A stretch of 64,000 bases of DNA, taken from contig OZ024742.1 of the NCBI GenBank assembly GCA_964016885.1, positions 170,624,001 through 170,688,000 of the forward strand, written 5' to 3'. Position numbers and translations under genes: made by a program. Under the pieces are notes generated by a model. The model did no database searches. It was not told the origin of the DNA and saw nothing but the letters and a program-made list of their open reading frames with translations. Numbering within the stretch: the stretch's first letter is position 1; every line of letters starts with the position of its first letter. This DNA is from Eledone cirrhosa (lineage: Eukaryota). Below are positions 1 through 14,373 of the stretch, piece by piece.

Positions 1-920
1 TTTTAACGTACTGAAATCTGATGTTGGTACCGTTAGTAAAAATGTTTCAATGTTTCAAAGATGCTATAATTCCCAGCTTTTACATTATCCCCTAATTCGT
101 TAGGATAATACAGACACCGTCTCTAATGGTTCGATTCTATATACAATAAGTATTAATGTAATTTCTTTGAATTCAATAGCCGTGATTATTATACATCCAT
201 TACCAGATTTATTCTTATAGCTTCTGTCAACTTTGCTAAAGCCATTACTACCATTAAACCTCTAGAATTTGATATATTACGCATTAAAACTTCTGTCCAC
301 TTTTACAATAATGAAATTTAGCAACGACGTTGAACTACATATTCTACACTCCTTATACAAGAAGTTATTCTGTATCTCCGGAGGATTTATGTAAATAATG
401 TATTATTCCATAATAAGGTAGTGTAATAGAATGCTTTATCCGGCTGTCTGCAATCTGAATTGAAATCCCACCGAAGTCTTCCATTTTTTTTTCTATGTCG
501 ATAAACAACAAATTAGAGACCCATCTGTCAGAAAGACTATATGCTACATCTTCGTTTTCACTTTCCTATCATCAAAAATAACATGTACCCTATTTTAATT
601 GTTACTTTTTCATTTGTACATACGCACTTACCGCTCTATTCAATACCCCCATCCCTCTCTCTCTATATATGCACATCATCAACACACCACAACTGACTAG
701 TCTGACAATCGCCACCGAATGCGAGAAAGATTCCCAGAAAGTTAACTAGGACTTAAAGTTCTACATAGAACAACTATAACAAACTTACTATAAAGATTTG
801 AATTATTAATATATATATATATATATGAGGGGCTCACTCTACTGACATAGCTTAAAAGAGACTGTTTGTATAATTGCAAACGAATCGAATATTATTCTTA
901 ATATTCGAATAACTCAGATT

Positions 921-1053
<133 letters not shown>

Positions 1054-1059
1054 GCACAT

Positions 1060-1715
1060 AAAAGTATGTGTCCTATATGTAATTAATACATACATGGATA
1101 CAAGTATAGGCCGTATGCCAGTGTGATTCAATAGCAAGTTAATAGATTAACAAGCCAGAACATATAAAATCAAGGGAGTGTAAACACAGAAAATATCTTA
1201 ATATCTTGTATTAATTACATATAGGACACATACTTTTATTATTATTCTCCCCAATGGTAGAGACACCTTCTGTCGTTCGTATAGCTGCTATTTTTAGTAG
1301 CATTAGATTGACCTGTTCAACTTGCTTTCGCCTTTGCACGCGTTCCTAACCATAACTGATTCAATCTGAGGCAGTTTGGTATGGGGCCAGTTTGTAATTT
1401 GAACTCGGGAATTTTATATTCTCCGAGAGAGAAAAGCCTTCTGACGATGATCTCTTTCTCAATGAAAATCCACTTGGATTGTCTATTTATTTGTGATCTG
1501 AAACCGCGGTAAAGGCACATATAGTAAGTACAGTGAATGTTTTGGAATTTAATTATTTATTATTAATTTTAAAGATATTTTCTGTGTTTACACTCTCCTG
1601 ATTTTATATGTTCTGGCTTGTTAATTTATTAACTTGCTATGCTATTGAACCACACTGGCATACGGACTATACCTGTATCTCTGTATGTATTAATTACATA
1701 TAGGACACATACTTA
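1060..1715 (+). mobile_element. (TA)n-flanked inverted-repeat element containing a hammerhead (Penelope-like remnant)
   Basis: About 1060-1200 is the reverse complement of about 1573-1715. A shorter inverted copy lies at 1207-1237. The ribozyme lies between the arms, and microsatellite flanks both sides. Confidence 0.7.
1436..1516 (+). ncRNA. Type-I minimal hammerhead ribozyme
   Basis: gcctt CTGACGA t-gatc...gatc-t GAAA ccgcgg TA aaggc. Intact core, perfect 5-bp stem I, palindromic stem III, GUA cleavage triplet. Confidence 0.85.
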
Positions 1716-1929
1716 TATATATATATATATATATAAAGTAAGTCCATAGAATCATTAGATAAAATATATACAGTATTTCCTCTCCCAATCAGCATAAATC
1801 AACCATACAAAAAATCATTCAAACGAGGCTATAAGTTTAAAATATACTTATGAAGAAATAATAGATAAATGATATAGCTTCTTATCCGCGATCTACAGCT
1901 ACAGAAAATTTACCTAGTATTTCTAATAG

Positions 1930-1980
<51 letters not shown>

Positions 1981-2120
1981 TATAAATAATGCGGGTAATA
2001 TTAAATAATCAATATTATCCAATTACAAGTATGAGAGTAGCTCGATGTAAAATAACAAATATAATACAGAGCCGGAATACTTTATAAATAACAATCAAAG
2101 AATGTTTAATAAAATTTAAT

Positions 2121-2167
2121 TACTAACGATCGTCTCATCCAAGCACAAGGCCGGAATCATCAGATTA
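2121..2167 (-). ncRNA. Hammerhead ribozyme copy with GAAA>GAGA mutation
   Basis: Minus strand: CTGATGA ttccggccttgtgcttggat GAGA cgatcg TT agta. Inverted partner of 2902-2948. Confidence 0.7.
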
Positions 2168-2564
2168 TGTTGTATGTAGATTTGTCAATATGTAGATTTG
2201 TCAATGTATGATATGTCTGCATTATGCTTAAATTCCTTATAGCAGCTTTTTTTCTTTTTCTTTTCTTTATACCAGTTTGTTTTAAAGTTTTCTTAATGCC
2301 TCCAGCTGCTGATTCTTAATCATATTTATATGATCCTGCTTTTTATGTACTTCTTGCTTTCCTCTCTTATATCAAGGTTAATATCTATTATTTTTCCTGC
2401 TCATATGCGGTATCCCCAGAATGTTCTTTAACAAACTTATCTGTGTATAGAAATTTCGTATTTCTAAAGAAATACTGTTTTAGGTAGCCATAGCTATGTA
2501 AACACCGGGGGGGGGGGGGGGGGCTAACGCCCTCTGGTGGTGTCCAGCAGAAGCAAGGAGGCAA

Positions 2565-2606
2565 CCGTCTATGCATTTCAGGCTTGACTGGCCATCGTCA
2601 GGACGA
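2565..2606 (-). ncRNA. Type-I minimal hammerhead ribozyme
   Basis: Minus strand: tcgtc CTGACGA t-ggc cagtcaa gcc-t GAAA tgca TA gacgg. Intact core, 5-bp stem I, palindromic stem III, AUA triplet. Confidence 0.85.
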
Positions 2607-2901
2607 TCCCTCCCCCCGCTTGCGACTGCTGGACTTGAAAACAGCCGAGAATATATAGTTTTCTCGTCTGTGTAAATGAGGTGATTAATCTCATTTGCAT
2701 ATGAAGCTGCATAAGTTGGCTCAACTTATAATAGAAAAGAAATAAGATTTCGCTTGAAGCATAGTTTATACAATATGTATAGAAATTTCGTTTTTCTAAA
2801 ACAGTATTTCTTTAGAAATACGAAATTTCTATACATATAAAGCTATTCTTGAAGCGAAATCTTTTCTTTTCAAACTTATCTGTGTTCTACCTTTTGATTT
2901 A

Positions 2902-2948
2902 TACTCCGATGAATCCGGCCTTGTGCTTGGATGAAACGATCGTTAGTA
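2902..2948 (+). ncRNA. Hammerhead ribozyme copy with CTGA>CCGA mutation
   Basis: tact CCGATGA atccggccttgtgcttggat GAAA cgatcg TT agta. Stem I tact/agta, palindromic CGATCG stem III. Confidence 0.75.
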
Positions 2949-2988
2949 ATCATATGTTATTAAACACTCTTTGATTGTTATTTATAAA

Positions 2989-3060
<72 letters not shown>

Positions 3061-4197
3061 GTGCTGAGACTGGGGAGACCGCTAATCACGGGGGTACTCA
3101 ATACAAGCCGAAACCGTTTCGCGCCGCGGTCAGGATTATATATATATGTTTAAACTTATACATCATCGTAGCTAATGGGAGTCGATCTTTACTTTCTCAC
3201 TTGTATACGAAGTGTCTTAAATAAGTTCAGGAAACGAGATTTTTCTATTTTAGTTTTGTACAGGATTTTGATTACGGATTTTACACCGGAATTACCGTAT
3301 CGAGTGGATCAGGAGATGATCACGAACTAAGGAAAGGAAATTCACAGAAAAAAAAACGCCTAAACTGTAGCGTTTCCCCAATAAATAACATACATATTAC
3401 GTATTAAAAAAACAGTTTACAGTGTTGTGAATGCAGCGTTGTTAAATGGTTAAAAGTTAGCTTTACAATCATTAGGTCCAGGGTTCAATGATCTTGAGAA
3501 ACTCCAGAGTAACAAGACTTAAACTTGGTCTTAATAAAGAAAATATTGGTTTCCGATTTAGGCATAAGGCCAGCAATTTTGGAGAAGGTGAAATTCGATT
3601 AAAGGGACCCCATTTCATTACTGGTACTTTATTTTATCGACATCGTAAGGGTGAAAGGCAAAACTAACCTCAGTGGGCTTTGAACTCTTATCGTAAAGGG
3701 TCGTAACTCTATGCCACAAAGCATGTCCGACTCTCTACTAATTCTGCCAAAAGAAAATATTAATCTCCACTTTGGTATTAACTTTGATAGGTTTCGGCCA
3801 ATATTGGCCCAGGCCATGTCTAACTTAATAGTACCTAAGTACTTATTCTCATGACCGCCAGTACAAAGCGGTATAAGATTATTTATCGTCATCGACTATT
3901 GTTAAAGTTATTTTCTGCGTTTGGAGTCTCACATTTTGTATATATAAGTTGTATATATCATTATACAGAAACTGCGTAACGGCACAGCTGCAGTTTGATA
4001 AAATCTGTCTCACTCATACTAGTAATTAGTGCGGGTCGGGGTTAGTTTGCAGAATTTAAGGGTCAGGAAATATAGATAATGTCTGAGTTCTAGTATAGGT
4101 GTGGAGTTTATAGTTGGCTTTGATTTTCTGAGTGAATTGTTTACAGGTTAAGACATTCAACTGACATATTTCATGGATAACTTTGACGGTCATATGT

Positions 4198-4287
<90 letters not shown>

Positions 4288-4356
4288 CACACGCTACATA
4301 CATACACATTATATACATACCCGCTCCATAACATACACATTATATACATACCCGCT

Positions 4357-4401
<45 letters not shown>

Positions 4402-4506
4402 GTCATACTCTGGGGTCTTACCTCATATGAGTGCTAAAGCTACAAACCGAATAAGCATACACGCTAGCTTGGCCGTATACTAGAGCTTCGTCTATGCTGT
4501 ACTAAA

Positions 4507-4538
<32 letters not shown>

Positions 4539-4540
<2 letters not shown>

Positions 4541-4718
4541 CAAAGGAATTGTGGTAAGGAACCAGATGGACCATACCGCACCAGAGTACTCAATACTTAG
4601 GGTAGTAGAGTGGGAAATAGGAAAAAGTATGACCCCGACGGCAGAGCTCAAGCCGTTTCGACAGTCCAGAAATAGCCATCGAAACGGCTTCAGCTCTGCC
4701 GTCGGGGTCATACTTTTT

Positions 4719-4722
<4 letters not shown>
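4539..4722. mobile_element. (TA)n-flanked fold-back element, family P copy 1 (hammerhead 3' half)
   Basis: Hairpin 4618-4722 containing GAAAC-GGC...GCC-GTC, plus an ~80-nt unpaired extension. Homologous to 12582-12773 and 56691-56828. Confidence 0.75.
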
Positions 4723-4754
<32 letters not shown>

Positions 4755-4817
4755 TATATAAATATAAATACATATATATATATATTTAGTTATGTAATAA
4801 ACAACATAAGATAATTA

Positions 4818-4878
4818 TTTCATTTACCAGTGGTTTCTTGAAAGCAAGCAAAACTTGCTTTCAGTCATCAGAATGAAA
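4818..4878 (-). ncRNA. Type-I minimal hammerhead ribozyme
   Basis: Minus strand: tttcatt CTGATGA c-tgaaagcaag ttttg cttgctttca-a GAAA ccactgg TA aatgaaa. 7-bp stem I, 10-bp stem II, GUA triplet. An inverted partial copy lies at about 4896-4962. Confidence 0.88.
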
Positions 4879-5018
4879 AAATCCTGTTGTATTTTTTTTG
4901 CTTGCTTTCAAGAAACCACTGGTAAATGAAATAATTATCTTATGTTGCTTATTATATAACTTATAAGCTCTGTAACCTACATAGAGTACACTTTTTTCCT
5001 GGACCTTTCCGACGGAAT

Positions 5019-5126
<108 letters not shown>

Positions 5127-5356
5127 ATATACAAATATAATTTCAGCGGCGGCCAAAGAAAAACGAAACGCAATTTTCGAGATATGCCGGCAAGCGCTCA
5201 ATGGACTAGCAAGAAGCCAGAGCAATTAACATACGTTATAAGGGCCAGACACATTATTATAAAAATGGCTGTGATTTGACAAGCCAGGCAGCCGAGAAAA
5301 CGAGCAAGCTAAACAGTAAATTTATATATATATATTCTATATACATATACAATATG

Positions 5357-5757
<401 letters not shown>

Positions 5758-5822
5758 TATATATATATATATATCCTTTTACCTGTTCCAGCCATCCGGC
5801 TGAGGCCATGCTGTGGCACCGC

Positions 5823-5857
<35 letters not shown>

Positions 5858-7054
5858 TACGCATAAATACACACACACGCGCACAAACGAAAGAAAATTA
5901 TATAATATATTTGTTAAAACCAGAATGCAGGACAAGTGGTATATTTTCACTTTTTTTTTCTTTTTTCGATTGTCTAAAATGAGAATAACATCATTTATAC
6001 GAAATAATAAATGCAAGCAGCCAGCAGCAATTCTTCTTTACCGCGTACAACATTTGAAGTAGGGACATGGTTAGCTGATTTAAAAAAAGTGAGACTTAGT
6101 AAGGAAAACTGGCACAAGTAGCGCCTTCAAGTGTGGCTTGTCAATAAACTACACAACACTTGACCTACAAACAAGACAACTAAAAAAGAAAAGGTCTTCA
6201 TTACACAAACATTTCTTATTATTTTCTTCTTTTATTCCTTTTCTGGTCATAGGCGTTGTGAAGTGGCAGAGTTATTAGAATGTCGGATATAAGACTTTTA
6301 TGTGGAATTCGTTTTGACTTTTTTTTGCTTTGCTCTGAGTTCAAATCCCGCCGACGTTAATTTAGCTTGCTTTTCATCTTTTCGGGATAGATAAAGTACC
6401 AGTTGAGTATTTCTTTCGCCCCACCACTTTATTTCACATGCACACTACACACACCAATATACACATATTTATTTATTATTAGCAAAGTTTAACGGTTTTA
6501 GCAAACAAATTGTGCTTTCACCCTTATTACTGCTATAAAATATTTATGTTAAGGGTCCTAAAACGGTAAAGGAAATGAAAGGCAACGAGAAAATAATGAG
6601 CATATTGAAAGTAAATAGAACAGGGAAGCAGAATACTTGGGCACAAGGAAACAGGGAACTTCCCATCATCTGCTACAATCGTTATATATATATATATATA
6701 TATATACAAGTGGAAGCTTAGTAAAATCGAAGCTTTGGCTGTGGCCAAGCAAAGTCGACCTACAATAAGGAATGGGTAGCAAATCACTCAATAAGGGTAG
6801 GTCCTTAGATTAATAACATTACGTTTAAATAGCTTGACAAATTGAAAATTGCGGTAGGCAAAACCCACCCACACAATACCAACGAAAGAACTAATCAGGT
6901 TAATACAAAATACCTGGACAGATCGAACGATATTCTGCAATACGTCCGATATGTTTCTATAAATCTGAAATCATCAATCCAACTTACGTAACACGTAAAC
7001 TTCTAGTATTCCATGATCGAACAGGGGACTCACTTCATCGTTAGGCATTTATGG

Positions 7055-8076
7055 CAATTTTTGTCTGTTTGTGTGTGTGTTTGTTTGTGGATTTGTTTGT
7101 GAACCTAAAACTCAAAAACTATCAAACTGATCTTGATGAAACTTGACACGCGTATGGCTCTCATGCCCATTTGATTTCTTACGTACTTTGAAGTTTAAAA
7201 AGTCGATAATTTCCAGTTTGCATTGATTTTTTATAAATCAATAGGACATTTGCATGCAAATGCTCATGTGAATGTTATTTTCTGCCATAATTTTTAAAGT
7301 CCTCAACCGATTTCCTTCAAAATTGAAACACAGATAAATTATGAGCTAAGGATGGCTTTAGGCTAAGAAAATTATCCCAGAAAACTCGCGGAAGGCAAAA
7401 ATCCGCACAAACCTATTTTTCAATTGGTTTGTTTCTTCTGATATGAGCAACCAATTTACTTTAAACTGTACAGGTGCATTATTTATGTATCAATAAGGTG
7501 TTAAAAGTTCCCCCAGAGCACCTTAATAAAGCGAAAACACTGCAAATATCGAATGTCGCAAATGTTTTTTTTCAAACATCATAGATACACCACTTAAGTG
7601 CAGTGGATGGTTTTCTCCAGTGGTACAGAGGGCTGTACAACAATGGGATGGATAACAATTGAATTTTTCCTCCACGGGCCGAGTTTTACCCAGAAAAATG
7701 GGATTTATGGGCTCTGGGTAATGCGTCGGTACTTTCCAAAAATGTATACCAAGCGGAACCCTTTGCGAATCGAATAGAAATCTTCAACGGGCCACAGTTG
7801 ACACGCGGACCGTAAGGATATTTAAAAATTACCTACCCACCCTAGGCTGTGTCATCTTTGCTGCTAACATGCGTATATTTAACTGAATGGAACATCATGC
7901 GGGGCGGATAGAAGGCCTCTGTGGGTCGCATTAACCTGTTGACCGTGGTGTGAACATCCTCGACGATGACCGTGTTTTCCTATAAGACTTAATTTAACCA
8001 AGAGCTTCATCAAGTGTTATTTCTGCACAAACAATTGTATTACTTAAACCCTAGCAACGCTGGGTACCTCAGCTAG
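7055..8076 (+). mobile_element. Non-autonomous Helitron-like element
   Basis: 3' end gcaacgctgggtacctcagCTAG|t and a GT-rich microsatellite near the 5' part. The 5' boundary is approximate. Confidence 0.55.
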
Positions 8077-8096
8077 TATATATATATAACGTAACT

Positions 8097-8373
8097 TAAA
8101 AATAAAAATAAAAATAAAAATAAAAATAAAAATAAAAATAAAAATAAAAATAAAAATAAAAATAAAAATAAAAATAAAAATAAAAATAAAAATAAAAATA
8201 AAAATAAAAATAAAAATAAAAATAAAAATAAAAATAAAAATAAAAATAAAAATAAAAATAAAAATAAAAATAAAAATAAAAATAAAAATAAAAATAAAAA
8301 TAAAAATAAAAATAAAAATAAAAATAAAAATAAAAATAAAAATAAAAATAAAAATAAAAATAAAAATAAAAAT
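8097..8373. repeat. (AAAAAT)n hexanucleotide array
   Basis: Perfect repeat. Confidence 0.97.
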
Positions 8374-8693
8374 ATTTTTATTTTAATTTTTTATTTTATA
8401 TAACAGGCTGAACAAGTTGAGGTGTATAACCCAACGAAACTTAAATTCCTGCATATGTCGCTGTTGTAATTATGATAATTATACGTAACTCATCCTATGA
8501 ACTGAATGTTCTTACTCTTTGATATTTCTACCAGTTATACTACAGCATATATATATATATAGCGAGAGAGAGAGAGAGAGAGTATGGGGTTAACCGAACA
8601 GAGATGCGCGGACCACATTATGGTCTATCGGTTGCGAAGCACATAAAAAGAAGCACACAACGACCTGTATAAATGGTGCAAGTCGGAGCATTA

Positions 8694-9295
8694 CAGTAAT
8701 CCCCCGTTTATCGCGGCGGATACGTTCCAGAACCAACCGCGATAAATGAAAATCCGCGATATAGAGAGACCATATAGACAACCGTTATTTTCATAGTTTA
8801 AGCCTTAAAATACCACTCCTACACACTTTAAGTACATATAAACTCATTAAAACACACTTTTGTATTGAAACACCAAAAACAGCCAGTAACGATCGTATAG
8901 AAACTACCACCAACGATCGTACCACTAGTTACCAATGACTACCATTACCAGCCACGTTAGCTGCTTGGTAATACACTGCACATCTCCCGTCAGTCTATGA
9001 AGGGTTTGTAGTAGGTTAGAGAAAAACACAATCAGTAAAACAGTAATGGAATGAACAATAAAAACATTTTTCTTTATAGCCTTAAGATGCCCCTTCTTTA
9101 CGCTATACACTTCAATCACATTGAAACTTATTTAATACGTTTAAAATTTAAACACTTTTTATTCAGACGTACGTACCACGATAAGAAAATAGATATGCTC
9201 TAACGAAAAATCCGCGATGTAGCGAGGATTACCGCGATAGGAAATTAGATACGTTTGAAAGAAAAATAAAACCGCAATATAGTGGGGGATTACTG
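8694..9295. mobile_element. Tc1/mariner-pogo (Tigger-like) MITE
   Basis: TA|cagtaatccccc...gggggattactg|TA, with subterminal aaaatccgcgat repeats. Confidence 0.85.
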
Positions 9296-9324
9296 TATAT
9301 ATTAATAAAAGATCAGGGGCCACA

Positions 9325-9401
<77 letters not shown>

Positions 9402-10482
9402 TGTTTGTGTGTGTGTCACACACACACACACACACATATAAATGTATATATATACACCCAAACACACACACACTGGACTTGCACGCTCATTTATGACAAT
9501 CGAAATAATGCACTGTGTGTTTATATATTCATACATTTCTCCGTTTCTAACACTTTAAAATTTACGCACACAAACATACACACATGCATTGCATTTCCTA
9601 TCTCAGTCATGTTGCTACAATAAAAAGTTCACTTTCCAATCATAAGGTCCCTGTAAATAGTTATTTCTTCAAAGGTACACTTACATTTAATCCTGTATGT
9701 CATTTGTACATATATGCTGAACATTTCAGTAATTATATCTTAGGAATAAATGTTCAAATATGATTCTTAACTTTAATGACTTCCACGTTTAATCAACATA
9801 GCTTTTCTCTTATGCAAACAATTAATTTACCCAGATACAAATTTCCCAGTTTGTATGATTACTCATCTATCCGGCAACCCTGGTTTACATGGCATACGAA
9901 ACCTGGACTCCAAAATTTGATTTCTAATTTAAACACATGGTCAGTAAACTTGGGACAAAGGCATAGTTGATTAAACCAACCCCTATAAATGACTGCTACT
10001 TAATTTTATTGTCCGTGGATATATAAAAGGAAAAGTTGATTTCGGCGTGATTTAAACCCAGAGTGTAAAGGGCCGTAAGTCAATGCCCGAAAGCATTTCG
10101 TTCGACGCTGTCATTATTGGCGGCATTAGAGTTATGACCCTTTATGTTCTGAGTTCAAATCCGCCGAGGTTAGCTTTGTCTTTCACATCTTTACGGGGTC
10201 GATAAAATAAAGCACAAGTAGTGCACTGGGGTCGATTTAATCAACTTGCCCCTCCCCCCAAATTGTTGGCCTTGTGCCTAAATCAAAAGTCATTATTGGC
10301 GGGCATTGGCCCACTATAACGTATAATATCTCTCCACTACCTTTAAATAAAGAGGGTTGTTTCTTTTTAAATGTTATCATTATGTTTTTTCTTATGTAAC
10401 GAAATTATACATTTACAATTTACAACGAAAGTATTGTTTTTCAACGAACGAAAATTAATGGAAAGCTTTGTTTTCTTTTCAG

Positions 10483-10580
10483 TATCCATTAGTTTTAGAT
10501 CAGACGCAGAAACTATCGAAGCCAAACAAGGAACGACTGTGCATCTACCATGCCTTGCACCTGTAGATAATGGAAATAAG
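10483..10580 (+). CDS. Ig-superfamily gene, coding exon A (N-half of Ig domain 1)
   Basis: Acceptor ttttcttttcAG (10481-82), donor AAG|GTAGGA. Translates (x)SISFRSDAETIEAKQGTTVHLPCLAPVDNGNK with the Ig B-strand GxTVxLPC. Phase 1 in, phase 0 out, matching exon B. Confidence 0.85.
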
Positions 10581-10761
10581 GTAGGAGTAATATAAGTGCT
10601 TGTGTGTATGCGTTTGTATAATACATTCATGTATATGCATGTGTTTGTGCTTACTCATACGTGTTTGTAGATGTGTGTATGAATTTATATATATGCAGTC
10701 ATCGTCTTCTTCTTCTTCTTCTTCTTCTTCTTCTTCTTCTTCTTCTTCTTCTTCTTCTTCT

Positions 10762-11345
10762 TTGCTCCCTTATTCTCGGGAGGGTCATAGGGGCATAATC
10801 CTCAAGCATGCTTTCTAGTGGGGATGCCAGAAGCAGTTGTCTCCAATTGATCCGGCTGGACCCCCAAGTGAGTCCTGTCGAGCTCATGAATGTTATCCAC
10901 CCTTATGCTCGATGTCTACCCATGGCTCTCTGACCTGTTGGTTTTGCCCGAAAATATGTTCAGGTTATCCTTAGACAGTTTGACCACACATCCGTAGTAT
11001 CAGAGCTGTGATCTCTCAATTCAGAGAAGTAGTGGCTCTAGCTGGAGCGACTCTATCAAGTAACGTTATTCCAATGACCTTTATGAGAACCCCATTTCAG
11101 CTGCTTGTATTCACGATCGTATTCTTTCAGTTATTATCCAAATCCAAGATTCATGACCATATGTAAGGGTTGGCACCAATACTGAACTGAAGATAGTGAG
11201 ATTAATTTTTACACCTAGCTCCCTTTTTCTAATGAGGGGATATTGACGTTGGCGCATTACTGCACAAGCTCCTTCAATTCTAACACTTAATTCAGCCTTT
11301 TCCCTTCATTCACCCATGAATACAACGCCCGAGATACTTGACATG
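10762..11345 (-). mobile_element. RTE-clade LINE 3' fragment with (GAA)n tail
   Basis: Homologous to 20300-20930, 29309-29600 and 47855-48152. Directly abuts (TTC)n at 10705-10760. Confidence 0.7.
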
Positions 11346-11900
11346 ACAGGCTTGTCAGTTACTAGACATGGGGAGCCAGCTGTTGCCGAAATTGGTCACT
11401 GTTCATTTTGCTGCTATCAAAGTCAGAGACTGAGAACGCGGAGCTGGAGGCTCTAACCTTTATGCCAGAAAATGATCTCTCCCGCTGTTCCTGGTCATTT
11501 TGTCCGAAATAATATATATAAATATGCCAATGCATAGAGTATGAAACTAACTGTAGTTTCATACGATAACCAATTTGGCTAATGTAGATTTCGCTATTCA
11601 TCTAATATGATTATGCATAGAAATGAAATTTTGTGTAAACTTTAATCTATTTATTAATGGCATAATAAAAACACCAAGGACAGGGACGAAACCCTTTTCA
11701 GGCTATTGAGACTAGCGAGGGGAAAATTGTTCTCACACTGCAAAACTGTCCGTATGCTTGTAACTGAGTAGATTCTATTAAAATGTTGTTATATATCCTT
11801 GGAACGTATGAGTGAATTGTATGTATGGATCCGTAACTCCTGATGGCGGAGTACATCTCTCCAGGTCTGACAGAAGCGATTTCTTTGAGTGAAGAAGAAG

Positions 11901-11993
<93 letters not shown>

Positions 11994-12462
11994 AGCAGGA
12001 AAGAAATATGGAAGAAGAATCGATCCCAATATTAGACTGGTACCAGCCGAGGTTGACTTTGCCTTTCATCCTTACGGGGTCGATAAAATAAAGTACCAGT
12101 AATGCACTGGGGTAATTGCTGGCCTTGTGCCTAAAGTAGAAACAAATATTAGACTGGTACTTTTTTATCGAGGTCGATGAAAGGCTAATTTGACCTGGAC
12201 GAGTTTTGAATTCAGATGAAAGGGAAGGAATACATCAAAGCCTTGTATCCGAAGTTCTCACCACTCGCCCAATTCGCTTCTTACGCATCCACATCGTATG
12301 TAAGTATGTATGGACCCGTAAATCCTGATGGAGTCGTAGGAGGTATCTTGGATATTTAAAACCTAGCAGAGCCTATCCCTCTCCAGGTGGGAACACAACT
12401 GATTACATCCTAAGATGGAGAGAGAGTGAGAGTGTGTGTGAGAGAAAGAGAGAAAGAGAAAG

Positions 12463-12523
<61 letters not shown>

Positions 12524-12546
12524 TATATATATATATATATATTATA

Positions 12547-12581
<35 letters not shown>

Positions 12582-12583
<2 letters not shown>

Positions 12584-12773
12584 CGAAGGAGTTGTTGTAA
12601 GGAACCAGATGGACCATAACGCACCAGAGTACTCAATACGTAGGGTAGTAGAGTGGGTAATAGGAAAATGTATGACCCCGATGACCGGCAGAGCTCAAGC
12701 CGTTTTGACGGCTATTTCCAGAAATAACCGTCGAAACGGCTTGAGCTCTGCCGTCAGGGTCATACATTTTCCT
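12582..12773. mobile_element. (TA)n-flanked fold-back element, family P copy 2
   Basis: Aligns by eye with 4539-4722. Stem II remnant gacggctatttc-ca-gaaataaccgtc followed by GAAACGGC...GCCGTC. Confidence 0.75.
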
Positions 12774-12787
12774 ATATATATATATAT

Positions 12788-13064
12788 AAGAAAATGAGTT
12801 GTTTGTTGTTTTTAAATAAAAAAACAAGATGTCTTACATGGGTGAAAGTATAAGGAAAAGAAATCGCATATGCAACTGGAGTCTTTTTAAGATATTTATT
12901 TATTTCCTTTACCGGTGTCACAGTAGAATTGAGATGGAAGGTTTGTGGTTTTTCTCGCATGATGGCGCGAAAACAACCACAAACCTCCCATCTCAATTCG
13001 ACTTTTGTTTGAAAACATAAGAACTGTGAAACTGGTCAAGGAAATAAATATTCCTAAAAAAATT

Positions 13065-13066
<2 letters not shown>
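12788..13066. mobile_element. (TA)n-flanked fold-back element with hammerhead 3' half
   Basis: Imperfect palindrome about 12887-13060; GAAA ctgg TC aagg at 13028-13041. Confidence 0.6.
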
Positions 13067-13100
<34 letters not shown>

Positions 13101-13101
<1 letters not shown>

Positions 13102-13590
13102 TAGCCGAATTACCCGCGCCTTGCTGCGTTTCACACATTTTTTTGTAAGAAAATGATGATTGATTTTAAATCAGTGATATAATTTATGGAAAAAAACCCT
13201 GCATCAATGTAAAATGTAATGCTTGGAAAAACATTATTTTTTGTAATATATCAAATCAAAATTACATTATTAAATCTTATTCTTATTTCGTTTCTTGTAA
13301 ATAATTTTTTTCAAAATATAAATTCAAAACTTTTGTGAATAGGCATCATATCTTGTCATTTACCTATGGTTTAAATTTCATATAAATCGAATGAAAAAAA
13401 ACTTCAGCTGGGTTTTTGTGCTCCTGGGGAACCCTTTGATTAAAATGAAATATACTTATCCAAGTACCCTGGGCAATGTAGTTTCAGAATATATATGGTT
13501 ATGAGGGTCTATCTCCAAAACCATAGGAGGAGTTCGTGAACAAAGAAACGTTATTATAATAAATATTTTCTCTAGGTTCTTATATATTTG
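13101..13590 (-). mobile_element. Non-autonomous Helitron-like element
   Basis: Minus-strand end gcagcaaggcgcgggtaattcggCTAG|t. The far boundary is approximate. Confidence 0.5.
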
Positions 13591-13649
13591 ATATATATTT
13601 ATCCTTATCAAGCCCTCTTTGGATTTTAGTCTTCAAATTATATTATTAT

Positions 13650-13730
<81 letters not shown>

Positions 13731-13734
13731 TATA

Positions 13735-13983
13735 AGCAAAGGGGATATTCAATTTGTTGTAATTCAACAAATATAAATGTTTATAACTAATTCAGAGCAC
13801 TCGACAGATTTTCTGGAGTATAATATTCAATGATATTAAATAAATGGAAACTATATTTTATAAAACCATATTTATTCTATTATATATATTTCCAGGGGTA
13901 CAAAATTTTGGAACCCTTGAAATATATATACTAGAATAAATATGGTTTTATAAATATAGTTTCCATTTATTTAATATCATTGT
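13735..13983. mobile_element. (TA)n-flanked fold-back element with hammerhead 3' half
   Basis: Near-perfect palindrome 13828-13982 centred on aggggtacaaaattttggaaccctt, followed by GAAA tatata TA. Confidence 0.65.
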
Positions 13984-14128
<145 letters not shown>

Positions 14129-14373
14129 GAGAGAGGGAGTGAGAGTGAGAGGGAGAGAGAGAGAGAGAGAGAGATAATGTTGATAACGTGATAGAGAGCA
14201 AGTGATATAGAGGAAGAATCGACCCCAGTACTGGTAATCTTTTTATCGTCCTCGAATGGATGAAAAGCAAAGTTGACCTCGGCGAGTACCGAAAGGCACT
14301 CTATCGGACGTTTTAACGTCTCTATTAACTCGCTGCCTTATGAAAGAATTAAATTGTATTCTTTGTATTTTAG

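Larger units (their letters stand above)
1985..2990. mobile_element. (TA)n-flanked inverted-repeat Penelope-like remnant with a nested second element
   Basis: Arms about 2080-2161 and 2908-2990 are inverted and each contains a hammerhead. Internal segment about 2447-2870 has its own inverted repeats and ribozyme and is bounded by the direct repeat caaacttatctgtgt. Confidence 0.65.

Noticed and set aside
6925-6980. TTGATGA...GAAACATATC on the minus strand
   Set aside because: No stem I or stem II pairing.
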